DNA of 64,000 nucleotides from Opitutales bacterium (GTDB taxonomy: Bacteria; Verrucomicrobiota; Verrucomicrobiia; Opitutales; PNEW01), in the NCBI GenBank assembly GCA_965197745.1, contig CBDANS010000007.1:128001-192000 (forward strand), given 5' to 3'. Position 1 is the stretch's first letter. Each line of letters begins with the position of its first letter. A model generated the notes under the pieces. That model was given only the letters and a program-made list of their open reading frames with translations. It did not search any database and had not been told where the DNA came from. Shown in pieces: positions 21,073 through 31,245 of this stretch. A program made the translations under genes and the position numbers.

Positions 21073-21792
21073 CTATTTGCCCGCTATTTGTTCTTTTATT
21101 TTATTTATGCAGTTTTGGAACTCATCACGCGCCGCATGGCATTTCTCTTTTGAGGGATCATCACTTTGCGCCCATTCCAGCATGACTCCCTCTGCGGCGA
21201 TAAAATCATCTGCGACATCGGCAACATCTGCTGCGATATCAATCGGTATGGTCGTGACCCCGTTGTGATCACCGTGGATTAGATCATTGGGGTTTATCAC
21301 CGTACCCCCCACCTTGATCTGCACACAAATTTGAGGAATTTGTCCATAACCGTGAGAACAATTAGTGCCATTCGTGAATACGGGGAACTCAATCTTCCTC
21401 ACTTGATCCAAATCACGACCCGCTCCGCTTGTAATGAGCCCTGCCGCGCCAAAAGTTTTATAGGTATTACACATGATGTCTCCAAATGTCGCGGCGACGG
21501 TAGGTATATCCAGATCCTGAAAGACAATTACCGCAGGTCCGGACAATTCTTCGAACCGGTCGATCTGCTCCAGCACTTTTTCATATGGGGACCTATCGCT
21601 ATGAGGCGCAGCTGAACGATAAGTTGCGGTAGAGGCAAAACCAACCATGGGAGGAAGCTCATGGAAGCAAGCTTTAATTCCCTGGTCCATGTATCCCACA
21701 TTAAAGGGGCGGACATCGAAAAGCTCGATAACGTTGCAAATCGTCGCGGTGTCTATCTGGCGTAATTTATCTAAAACATCTTTGGTAATCAT
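21073..21792 (-). CDS. RraA/HMG-aldolase family protein
   Basis: DTATICNVIE, ATFGDIM, GAGRD, GDHNGV. Confidence 0.85.
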   Translation of the reverse strand: MITKDVLDKLRQIDTATICNVIELFDVRPFNVGYMDQGIKACFHELPPMVGFASTATYRSAAPHSDRSPYEKVLEQIDRFEELSGPAVIVFQDLDIPTVAATFGDIMCNTYKTFGAAGLITSGAGRDLDQVRKIEFPVFTNGTNCSHGYGQIPQICVQIKVGGTVINPNDLIHGDHNGVTTIPIDIAADVADVADDFIAAEGVMLEWAQSDDPSKEKCHAARDEFQNCINKIKEQIAGK

Positions 21793-21830
21793 TAAGTGGA
21801 TTCAAATAGCCACACACTTTATGATCAACA

Positions 21831-22331
21831 TTAATATTTTTTCCCATGAACAGTAGGGAAACTTGAAGAGGAGCCATTCCATATTGATTCCTCACTACTC
21901 TTTTCCCCGGATATCACGCCAAAAATAACCCCGACGAAATTCCTCTCAGTTACCATTTGTGGATCCTGATTTTTATTATTAAAGCCCTGGGCATACCATT
22001 CATTCCCGATTTTCACGCGTAATGTGTGCCCGACCAGATCGCCCTGATTGTCGCGATAGACGACCGACATCCCTTTTCCCAGTTTATGATAGGCGGTTGT
22101 CTCTACAATGAGAATGGTATTTTCTCCATAAAAAGGGAGCATGGATTTTCCATTTCCCCGCATGATTTTCCAATTGTTATTGAGGGATACCAGTTTTTCA
22201 GCATCTTTAATCGCATTTTCAAAAGTAAAGACGGTATTTGCCATCGCGCCTGACAAAGCCATGGGTCTCCCTAACAATATTAAGACGGACAATAACGTGA
22301 TTTTTAATAGATGCCTTATAACGCTTCGCAT
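21831..22331 (-). CDS. S24/S26 peptidase-like secreted hypothetical protein
   Basis: Signal peptide, GKSMLP (catalytic Ser context), VGH, QGFNN..D. Confidence 0.6.
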   Translation of the reverse strand: MRSVIRHLLKITLLSVLILLGRPMALSGAMANTVFTFENAIKDAEKLVSLNNNWKIMRGNGKSMLPFYGENTILIVETTAYHKLGKGMSVVYRDNQGDLVGHTLRVKIGNEWYAQGFNNKNQDPQMVTERNFVGVIFGVISGEKSSEESIWNGSSSSFPTVHGKKY

Positions 22332-22710
22332 GCATCAATTAACGTCATTTATGCGCCTGTTATATATCCGATTATAACTGTAATTTAACGGTAGAAATTA
22401 TGGATGATTCCTCAGGAGTATCCTGTAGAAGCGTTATCAATTTGCGATTGTCGATTTGCGATTTTTGATTGAAGAAGAAGCAGACGTGGGACGAAGACGA
22501 AGAGGCAGAACCGACTATGAACGGGGCTTAGTAACGTCTAATAAGTTACTTATTAATAAAGAGTTACACTTAAATATCGATGCATAAATAATTTATATTT
22601 TCCTCTGATTTCCTTACCTTTCCTCAATGTGTTTGGCAGGAATGGGCAGGAATCATACATTTTGCTGATCTTCAGCCAGGAATTGGCCAAGAATTTTTGA
22701 GTGGATTTAA

Positions 22711-24090
22711 TCGAGTGACCCCAAAAAATCGTATCATTTAAAGAGAGAGGTTATCGGGATAAACCGATAACTTCAATGAAAAGAAAAAGATACACAACAG
22801 AACAAATCATCGCAATATTCCGGCAAGCCGATACTGGTAAAACCGTGCAGGATGTGTCTGCGGTGGAAACAACATAAGTGAACAAACCTTCTATCGCTGG
22901 GGTAAAAAGGATGGCAGCTTGGAACTAACCGATGCGAAGCGATTTAAAGTGTTGGAAAAAGAAAACACCGAGCCTAGGTGAGAAGACCTGCCATACCGAG
23001 CTTTAGAAGCTGCTTGCTGATCAAATGCTAAAGAATCAGGTGATGGAGGAAACATTGTCTAAAAAGGGGTGAGCCCAAAGCAGAAGAAGCGAGCCGTAAA
23101 GGAGGTGGCTGAGAAAGAGCTGTGCTCGTATTGGAGGGCTTGTGCTTATCTCAGCCTCAGTAGGTCAACGTTCAGCTACCGGCCCAGGCAGGTCAATAGG
23201 AAAGCTCAGCGATTGGCCGAGCGCATTGTGGTGCTTTCCTGGGAACATCCTCGTTACGGTTACCGGTGTATCGGTGCCTTGCTGGTAAAGGAAGGGTGGA
23301 CAACAAGTAGGAAGTTTGTCCAAGCGCTACGACCTTAAGAAGGGCTGCAGGTAAAGCCCTCCGAAAAAGCGTAGACACCGTCAAGGGGTCTCTACGGGAC
23401 CTCCTACTAAAGCAACCGGTCGCAATCACGTTTGATCCTGGGACTTTGTCCATGATCGCACAGACCATGGCGGTCCCTTAAAGAGGATGACTCTGATAGA
23501 TGAATAGACGCGTCAATCCCTGCATATCCAGGTAGCTCGTCAACTCACCTCTAAGTACGTCCTCACTATTCTCAGCGAGGCCATTGAAAAGAGGGGGCAT
23601 CTCTATCCGTAGTGACAACGGCAGTGAGTTCATTGCTCATCAAGTGCAGCAGCGGTTGTCCGACAAAAACATCAAGGCGATCTATAGCGATCTGGTCAGT
23701 CCCTGGCTACCGAGCGAAGCGGCACCTCAACGAGCGATAGCGAGAATAACAAACTTTTTCATCGAGTCGTTTTACAACCGCTTACCCAATGTACCGAGGA
23801 ACGAAGTGACGACATAGCGATGCGCTCATGTTTGAACCTTGGTGTATGGCTCAGCGTAGCTGAAGCGCAAGTGGTAATCGAACAATAGCTTCAGACCTAT
23901 AATAATAAACCTCCCCACAGTCGTTTAGGCTTTAAAACTAACAAGAGTTTGTCAGATTCCTTTCCGATCTTGGATGCGTTCGGGCTACGCCCTCACTTCG
24001 CAAGGATCGCTCCTATACATCAATCCTAAAACCATTAACACCCGATAACTCTCTCACTTAAAAATTGGTACGAAAAAAGGGGTCCGATCA
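22711..24090 (+). mobile_element. IS3-family (IS407-like) element, copy 1, pseudogenised
   Basis: IRL TCGAGTGACCCCAAAAAATCGTATCA, IRR TGGTACGAAAAAAGGGGTCCGATCA; orfA/orfB fragments (HPRYGYR, WDFVHD, SDNGSEF) with stops, frameshifts and small inserts. Confidence 0.93.
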
Positions 24091-24097
24091 GCAGAAC

Positions 24098-24149
24098 ACC
24101 CACGGAATGGCTCTCACTAAACTTGGTAGTAATTATGGGGTCCAAGCAC
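24098..24149 (+). mobile_element. Right end of a second IS3-type element (inverted repeat with 26131-26182)
   Basis: 52-bp inverted repeat, 49/52 identical, ending TGGTAGTAATTATGGGGTCCAAGCA(C). Confidence 0.85.
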
Positions 24150-24369
24150 TAGCTGGGGACACTGAATCGGGTGTCCGGAGACCACCGTTTTATAGCAAGC
24201 ATCGATGTGACGCAGGTGACCTGGATTGTTCCGTTGGGGCCACTGAGGGGTGCGCTGTTGCTGTCCCCTTTGTACCTTTCCCCACCCTTGTGGCCGTACC
24301 TCGGATAGGCCTCCCTACTCCGATCAGGGGCTGCATCAGGTCATGCAGCGGCACCAAACGGCTTATTTT

Positions 24370-26130
24370 TCACGACCGACCGTCCCGAACCGGCCTCGGT
24401 GCTTCGACGCGGACGGTAACTATATCCGTGTCATGGTATTGCTGGTGATGCACCGAGGACGCGAGATGCCGCAACAGCCGAAGCGAGACTTCCCGCTCGC
24501 TCGCCGTCTCGTCGGCATATTCGCCAAGCAGCGCGATCCGATCCTGAAGGTTCTCCTCGCTCGATGCTGCGACGAACTCAAGGACCGCCGTGCTGCCCTC
24601 CTTGTGCGCAATCAGCAGCAGGTTCCGCGGGGGACGGTCTTCTGCGTTTTTCTGGAGAAGCGTCAGCAGTGTCTCCTCGCTCGCAGCGTCGAGGCGGTTC
24701 ACCATCGCTTTATTCCAATCGCTACGGGATGCGAACATGCTAAGAAACTCCCTGATCTTCGGCAGGACCGAAATATCAAACTCCACTTCGATTCGGCGGC
24801 GACGGGGTTCCGTAAACTCCATGAGCAAGGTCATGAGAATGGCTGTCAAACCGCCAGCTGTCATTCCATTCCGAAACAAGCCGCCCGCGAATTCTGAGAC
24901 ATACTCGGAAAATATCATACCGTTCTGGAAGCCCATCCCGACCCAGAACGCAACCCCGGCGACCAGGCCCTTGCGATAATCGACTCCGTTCTGGACGACG
25001 ATCTTCATGCCCAGGACGAAGAGCATCGCTAGCATCACCGTGGCATAGGCTGCAACGACCGGGTTGGGTATCGCCAAGACCACGGCGAGCGCCTTCGGGC
25101 AGAACGCCAAGGCGACGAAGATCGCCCCGAGGGCGATTCCGACGCCACGGGCGGCGACCCCGGTAAGCTCGGTCATGGACACGCTCGTCGAGTATGTCGT
25201 GTTCGGCACTGTTCCCGCGAGACCGGACAGCAGGTTGCCCACACCGTCCGCGGCCACCGCGCCCTGCACCGCCCTGAAGTCTACCGCCCGGAGCTGGCGC
25301 CAGGATATGCGCTGAATGGCGACGGAATCGCCGATCGTCTCGATCGGCGCCGATCAGGGTAACGAACGCGAACGACGGGAGTAGCGTCCAGAAAACAGGT
25401 CCGAAGTCAAGATCCAGACCCGGCCATACACCTTTCGGGAAGCCGATCCACGGCGCTGCGGCGACACGGCCGACGTCGTAGAGACCGAAGAAGCCGCCAA
25501 CCACCGATCCGACGGCTACGCCGATGACCAGCGTCCAGAGGCGTAGCACACCGGTCGCCTTCAGCGCGATCGCAACAATGACGATCATGGTCGCAAGTGA
25601 GCTCAGTTGCGCGGCCTGTGAGGGAATCCTATCCGGTACATCCCCCAGCAGATCAAAGATAATTGGCATGACCGTGACCGGTATCAGCATGATCACAGTT
25701 CCCGAAACGGCCGAAGTCAGAATTCTCCGCAACAACGAGAGCCGTGCGGAAAGCACGAACTGGAAGAATGACGAAAAGACGACCAGGGTGGCGAGCATCG
25801 CCGGACCGCCCTCTGCCAACGCCGTGACGCAGACCGCGATAAAGGCCCCGGAGATGCCCATGGCAAGAACATAACCAGCGCCAACCCGGCCGATCCGGAT
25901 CGCTTGCAAGACAGTGCTCGCACCGCTAACGATGACTGCCGCGAAGATCGCCCATGACAAATAGGCTTCGGTCCCGCCACCGGCACGGATCACGATCGCT
26001 GGGGTCAAGACGATGCCGGCCACGCAAAGAATGGCAGCTGTAGGCCGAGGCCTACAGTCAGCGCGAACGGCGGGTTCTCGTCGGGTTGGTAGCGGACGCT
26101 AGTTCTTCGCTCAGTATCAGAGGTAGCCAT
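24370..26130 (-). pseudogene. NCS2 (xanthine/uracil) permease with C-terminal soluble extension, two frameshifts
   Basis: MATSDTERRTSVRYQPDENPP start at 26130; frameshifts near 26035 and 25340; ADGVGNLLSGLAGTVPNTTYS NAT signature; visibly more GC-rich than flanks. Confidence 0.88.
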
Positions 26131-26322
26131 GTGCTTGGATCCCATAATTACTACCAAGTTAAGTGAAAGCCATTCCGTGGGTTATCTGTTGTTGGTTTAG
26201 CAGATACTGGCGGTGAGAGGCCGTAGGCAGAGTGGAGCCAGCACCTTCTAGATTAAGTTCGTGCCAGAGTTTGGCAAAAACATTGGGCGAGAGGAAGCCT
26301 AAACGACTATGAGGGTGATGGG
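26131..26322 (-). mobile_element. IS3-type right-end remnant
   Basis: Encodes HPHSRLGFLSP (IS3 orfB C-terminal motif) followed by the IRR. Confidence 0.8.
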
Positions 26323-26323
26323 C

Positions 26324-26516
26324 TGAACTAGTTACGATAAGATCTGACAGAAGCAAGAGAAGGGATACACTGTGTGGGAAGTTAAGCAATAACAACAGCC
26401 CCCTAGTGTGCTGACCCAAACAGGAGTAACCGAAATGAGAATAAACGAAAAAATCATCAGAAATAAAGTAGGATTATTAAATCTGGCTGAAGAGCTGGGA
26501 AATGTATCAAAAACCT
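26324..26516 (+). mobile_element. IS481-family left-end remnant
   Basis: ATG 26435 gives MRINEKIIRNKVGLLNLAEELGNVSK, an IS481 transposase N-terminus, then breaks off; left boundary approximate. Confidence 0.75.
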
Positions 26517-26583
26517 TCAGGCATTATTTGACCAAATGCCTCTGTTATAAGAAATAAGCCGATAAGAGTTATTTGTAACATCT

Positions 26584-26972
26584 TCATAACTGGTTTGATG
26601 GTTTTAGCAGTCCTTTCCATTCAGTGTTTGTCAAGACCTCTGGAATTGTCAATTCGCCGTTACACAGTGCCGCTCGTAATGCCGTGTCCAGCTGTGTTCT
26701 TGTCATTGACGAGCCGGTTACGAGGCTTATACCAACTGCATTATTTTCCAGATCCATCACTGTTGCATTATGCGTACTGTTTCCTGATAAATTGGTGACA
26801 TTATGAGCAGTTGCTAGTCCTTTTGCATCCTCCGCATTCCAATCGATGGTTATTATCCCAATCTAATAAGCATGCCTTGCTGCATCCGATCTACCGTTAC
26901 TAAGTCCACCACCTAAACTTGAAGAATTCGTAGAAGTATAAATAAGCGCTCCAATACGAAGGGAAACCGCTG
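26584..26972 (-). pseudogene. DUF6973-like (polymorphic toxin-type) domain fragment
   Basis: Manual translation NGRSDAARHAY*...ATAH...MDLENNAVG; in-frame TAG at 26865-26863 in place of the expected Trp. Confidence 0.65.
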
Positions 26973-27576
26973 AATAAATTCAGGTGGATGAAGATGAACG
27001 GACTGGGTCTGATCACCCAGTAAACTGAATGTTACACATATTGTGTCTCCCGTTCCTACCTTCTAACCTGATCAAGTGAATCTTACCGTAACCAGACTAG
27101 AATTTTCCTGCTCTCAAAATTCGACGCATCACCTCTAATCACGCCGTTTTTACCATCGAGAGGTGTGCATGGGCGAACTTTGTTCCAATTGACCATTAGC
27201 TGATTTTGAAATCCATCTATAACTGCTGGACCATCATTTCCGCCAACACGAAAATAAGAGCATGGAACTTTGACTCTGCCACGGCGACAACTCAGTCGTT
27301 TGAGGTATAACCTCCTGTGGGATATTCGGAATCTAAAGTATCAGTCGTGGTAATCCCGCAGGGAATGCTCTGGTTTTCATCGATGATTATACATCGGCCA
27401 TTGTCGGTGATAAAAAATTCAGTGTTATCTGATCGAAGCTCACCTGCCTGTCGTCCATAGTTCCCCCACAGAGTAACGATGAGGGTCGTCCGTAGTTCCG
27501 CGATTGTGGGGTGTAAGCTGGTTCCTCGAGTGCGTATATTCGTGTGATGTGTGTTAATTCATGATTTAAAAAAGGT

Positions 27577-30500
27577 GTGATAAAATGTTTCAGATTTTTT
27601 GGGTTCACTGTTTTCACTGGCTGTCTCTTATTCGGATTTATTTATTTTTTGGGCGATATTTTAAAACCGGTAATGGAGAAGGAGCCTATTCGCTATAGTG
27701 AGGAGGTGATTGAATATACAAAAAAATTGAGGGACGTCAGTTTTACCGAGGATGACTTTTTTAAGATACAACAGGATGTCGACTACAGTGAAGGAGAGGG
27801 CGCCCAGTGGTATCCAAAATCCGAATCACCCATCCTTGCCGAATTGGTAGACGAGGACAAACTGCCACCAGTGGCCGTGCGTGTGGGGATGGAACCTGTG
27901 ATCCTTAAAGGAGTGGACAGTATCGGTGAATACGGTGGAACCTGGTTCCAAGTGAGAGGATCACAAAACGAGATAAGTCTCATCGGAAACTTCTTTTCCG
28001 GATCCACGCTTGTTCGCTGGTCTCCGCTTGGTTACCCGATCGTACCTCACGTGGCCAAGGGTTGGGAATCCACCCCTGACAAGAGGGAATGGACATTTTA
28101 TCTGCGAGAAGGCATGAAGTGGTCTGATGGTCACCCTTTTACTGCCGACGATATCCTCTACAGATGGTATAAAGAAACAGCTCCTGAATTACAAGGGGGT
28201 GATCCGCCAGATTGGATGAAAGTAGGTGGAAAGACAGGGGAAGTTATCAAAATCGATGATTACACCGTAAAATTCGTTTTTTCTCAACCCTATGGAGTGT
28301 TTCTTGAACGCTTGGCTCGAGCCTGGGATTTTTGTTCACCTCGACATTACCTGGGAAAATACCATCCGCAACTTGGCGATGATATGCTTATTGAGGCTAC
28401 CCAGGCGAAAAGTAGACTGCCTTCGCGTAGTAGCCTATACGCTTTATTGAAACAGTGGTACAACCCCGAACATCCGCGGCTTTGGCCTTGGGTTTATCAC
28501 ACTTTTAAAGCCAATCCACCCCAGAATTTTATACGCAATCCCTACTACTGGGCAGTCGATACCGAAGGCAATCAGCTCCCTTATGTGGACCAATTACATA
28601 TCGAAGTAAAAAACTATAAGCTGGTACCTATAGCAGCGGCTAACGGGGCCGTCACCTTTACAATTTTTGTTATGGATTTCTATTACACCCTGCTCATGTC
28701 ACAACGCGAAACAAACGATTACGAAGTCTATCACTGGTTTCCAGCTACACGCTCACGCTACCTCGTCCATCCAAATATTAATATTTTGGTAGACCCTGAT
28801 AATCCGGTTACCCAAATGAAACATGATCTCCTCAATGACAAACGCTTCCGCCAGGCGCTCTCCCTCGCCATCAATCGCCAGCAAATCATCGACATAGTCT
28901 ACAATGGGGTGGGAGAACCGGCGCAGTTATCACCCGGGAAGGAATCCTTTTTCTACCATGAAAAACTTCATAAAAGCTTTACCGAGTATGCGCCCGCCCG
29001 AGCTAATCAACTGCTCGATGCGATAGGCCTCACCCGGCGGGATACCAAAGGCTACCGCACGTTCAAGGACGGCACACGCATGGCCTGGCATTATACTCTA
29101 CCACAAGGGGAAGACGAAGGGCCGACTGAGCTCATAATCGAAAATTGGAGCCGCGTTGGCATTCGCGCCATCCGACGCCAACCGTCGCTTGCTCTTTTTC
29201 AAGTAGAAACAAACTCGCGCAAACTGGAATTTTCCATTTGGGCCTCGGAGAGCGAATTCAATCCCATCATAGGACCCGAACGTTTCCTCGCGTTAACTGC
29301 ACTCCAAGCTTACGGCTATTTTAATTGGTATAATAGAGATGGACTTTCAGGCAATCCTGAAGCCACACAATTCGGCGGCCTCGAGCCATCGAAAGATCAT
29401 CCCGTACGTCTATCGATGAAACTCATTGAAGAAGCTTACGGTAAAGCCACGCGTGAAGCCCAACGCGAGATTTTCAATGAAGTGTTCGATATCGCTGCGG
29501 AAAATGTCTGGTCGATAAATATTGCCACCCCTCCACCGCACCCGGTCCTGGTTAAAAACGGTTTTAAAAATGTTCCGCGCAATGCATTCTATGGCGCTCG
29601 CTTAAGTCCGCCGGCCCACGCAGGATTAGAAACCTACTACTTCAAAGAACCTTATAATTCGCCTGGAACCAATGCGCAGATAAAAAAAGGATTAGTAGAA
29701 ATCATCCCTGCTCCTTTCGGATCCGGTCAAGACGATCTAGAATCAACCAGTTATGAGCGTTTGGCCCGGCTTATAAAATACTTATTTTTAGGTATCGCGG
29801 TTTGCGGAATAATTATGGTCGGGATACGGCATCCTTATGTTGGAAGACGACTACTCATCATGGGTCCAACGCTTCTTATCATCTCTGTAATCTCTTTTGT
29901 TATCATCCAGCTGCCTCCGGGGAATTACATCGAGACCAAAATTTTAGAGCTACAGCTAAAAGGCGGCCGCATAAATATCGATGAGGCCGAAAAGCTTCGC
30001 GAGATCTTTCACCTCGACAAGCCCATCGCCGAACGTTATGTCCGCTGGCTCGGTCTTAACTGGTTTACTTCCTATGAAAAAAAAGATCAGGGTTTATTGC
30101 AGGGTCACTTGGGATTGTCGATGGAGAACCAGAGCACGGTCAATGAAGTGGTAGGCGATCGCATCCTTCTCACTTTTCTCATTTCACTCGGCACTATACT
30201 CTTTACCTGGGCGGTAGCCATGCCCATTGGTATCTATTCAGCAGTTCGCCAATATTCCTTTAGCGATTATTTATTTACTTTGATAGGATTCATCGGGATG
30301 AGTGTTCCCAGTTTTCTCCTCGCCTTGATCCTGCTTTATTGGAGCGGTAAGTATCTAGGCATTAATATCTCGGGTCTATTTTCACCTGAATATGCAGTCC
30401 AACCAGAATGGACGAGGGGTAAAATAATTGACCTCTTGCAGCATATTTGGGTGCCTGTAGTGGTTTTGGGCGTCACGGGTACTGCGGGCATGATACGGAT

Positions 30501-30861
30501 TATGCGGGCCAACTTACTTGATGAGTTGAGAAAACCTTATGTCATTACTGCTATGGCCAAGGGAGTGCGACCGTTTAAGCTGTTAATGAAATATCCGGTG
30601 CGTTTAGCGCTTAATCCTTTTATCTCTGGAATCGGGGGAATTTTTCCGTCATTAGTCTCCGGGGGTGCGATCGTCGCCATGGTCCTCAGCCTACCCACGG
30701 TTGGTCCTTTAATGCTGGATGCTCTGATGAAGGAAGATATGTACTTGGCCGGATCGATGCTCATGGTTCTTAGCTTGCTCGGCGTCTTAGGCACCCTGGT
30801 CAGCGACCTGTTGCTAATATGGCTCGATCCACGAATACGTATGGAAGCAGGTAGTCGGTAA
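27577..30861 (+). CDS. ABC transporter family-5 substrate-binding protein fused to a DppB/OppB-type permease
   Basis: LPPVAVRV, LREGMKWSDGHPFTADD, GNQLPYVD, RFRQALSLAINR followed in frame by IIQLPPG and EAA loop RANLLDELRKPYVITAMAKG. Confidence 0.9.
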   Translation: MIKCFRFFGFTVFTGCLLFGFIYFLGDILKPVMEKEPIRYSEEVIEYTKKLRDVSFTEDDFFKIQQDVDYSEGEGAQWYPKSESPILAELVDEDKLPPVAVRVGMEPVILKGVDSIGEYGGTWFQVRGSQNEISLIGNFFSGSTLVRWSPLGYPIVPHVAKGWESTPDKREWTFYLREGMKWSDGHPFTADDILYRWYKETAPELQGGDPPDWMKVGGKTGEVIKIDDYTVKFVFSQPYGVFLERLARAWDFCSPRHYLGKYHPQLGDDMLIEATQAKSRLPSRSSLYALLKQWYNPEHPRLWPWVYHTFKANPPQNFIRNPYYWAVDTEGNQLPYVDQLHIEVKNYKLVPIAAANGAVTFTIFVMDFYYTLLMSQRETNDYEVYHWFPATRSRYLVHPNINILVDPDNPVTQMKHDLLNDKRFRQALSLAINRQQIIDIVYNGVGEPAQLSPGKESFFYHEKLHKSFTEYAPARANQLLDAIGLTRRDTKGYRTFKDGTRMAWHYTLPQGEDEGPTELIIENWSRVGIRAIRRQPSLALFQVETNSRKLEFSIWASESEFNPIIGPERFLALTALQAYGYFNWYNRDGLSGNPEATQFGGLEPSKDHPVRLSMKLIEEAYGKATREAQREIFNEVFDIAAENVWSINIATPPPHPVLVKNGFKNVPRNAFYGARLSPPAHAGLETYYFKEPYNSPGTNAQIKKGLVEIIPAPFGSGQDDLESTSYERLARLIKYLFLGIAVCGIIMVGIRHPYVGRRLLIMGPTLLIISVISFVIIQLPPGNYIETKILELQLKGGRINIDEAEKLREIFHLDKPIAERYVRWLGLNWFTSYEKKDQGLLQGHLGLSMENQSTVNEVVGDRILLTFLISLGTILFTWAVAMPIGIYSAVRQYSFSDYLFTLIGFIGMSVPSFLLALILLYWSGKYLGINISGLFSPEYAVQPEWTRGKIIDLLQHIWVPVVVLGVTGTAGMIRIMRANLLDELRKPYVITAMAKGVRPFKLLMKYPVRLALNPFISGIGGIFPSLVSGGAIVAMVLSLPTVGPLMLDALMKEDMYLAGSMLMVLSLLGVLGTLVSDLLLIWLDPRIRMEAGSR

Positions 30862-30980
30862 TAATGGTAGAGATTGAAGCACCACCTCCGCAGATAAACG
30901 GGATAGATATGGTATATAAAAATATAGCATTTACTAATATCCCCATAAATTCGATAATGGTAACAATACAGACTACACGT

Positions 30981-31157
30981 TGATCGGACCCTGTATTTCG
31001 TACCAATTTTAAGTGAGAGAGTTAGGGGGTGTTAATGGTTTTAGGATTGAAGTATAGGAGAGATCTTCGCGAAGTGAGGGTGTAGCCCGAACGCGGCCAG
31101 GATTTGAAAGGAATCTGACAAACTCTAGTGGGCTTTTAAAGCCTAAACGACTGTGGG
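30981..31157 (-). mobile_element. Right-end fragment of the same IS3 as copies 1 and 2
   Basis: Reverse complement matches the 3' end and IRR of 22711-24090 (TGATCGGACCC...GTACCA). Confidence 0.9.
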
Positions 31158-31245
31158 TCCGTTCAGGGGAGTCACGCCACCCTATCCGAGACAATCCTTT
31201 ATTCAATCGGGCTTGATCTATAAATATTTTTAACGCCGTAATTTT

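Noticed and set aside
24065..24979. Several + strand ORFs of 127-215 aa
   Set aside because: Antisense shadows of the GC-rich permease pseudogene
27068..27098. Possible IS481 right end pairing with 26324-26350
   Set aside because: Only a partial match (ATCTTAyCGTAACyAG) with no terminal consensus or TSD
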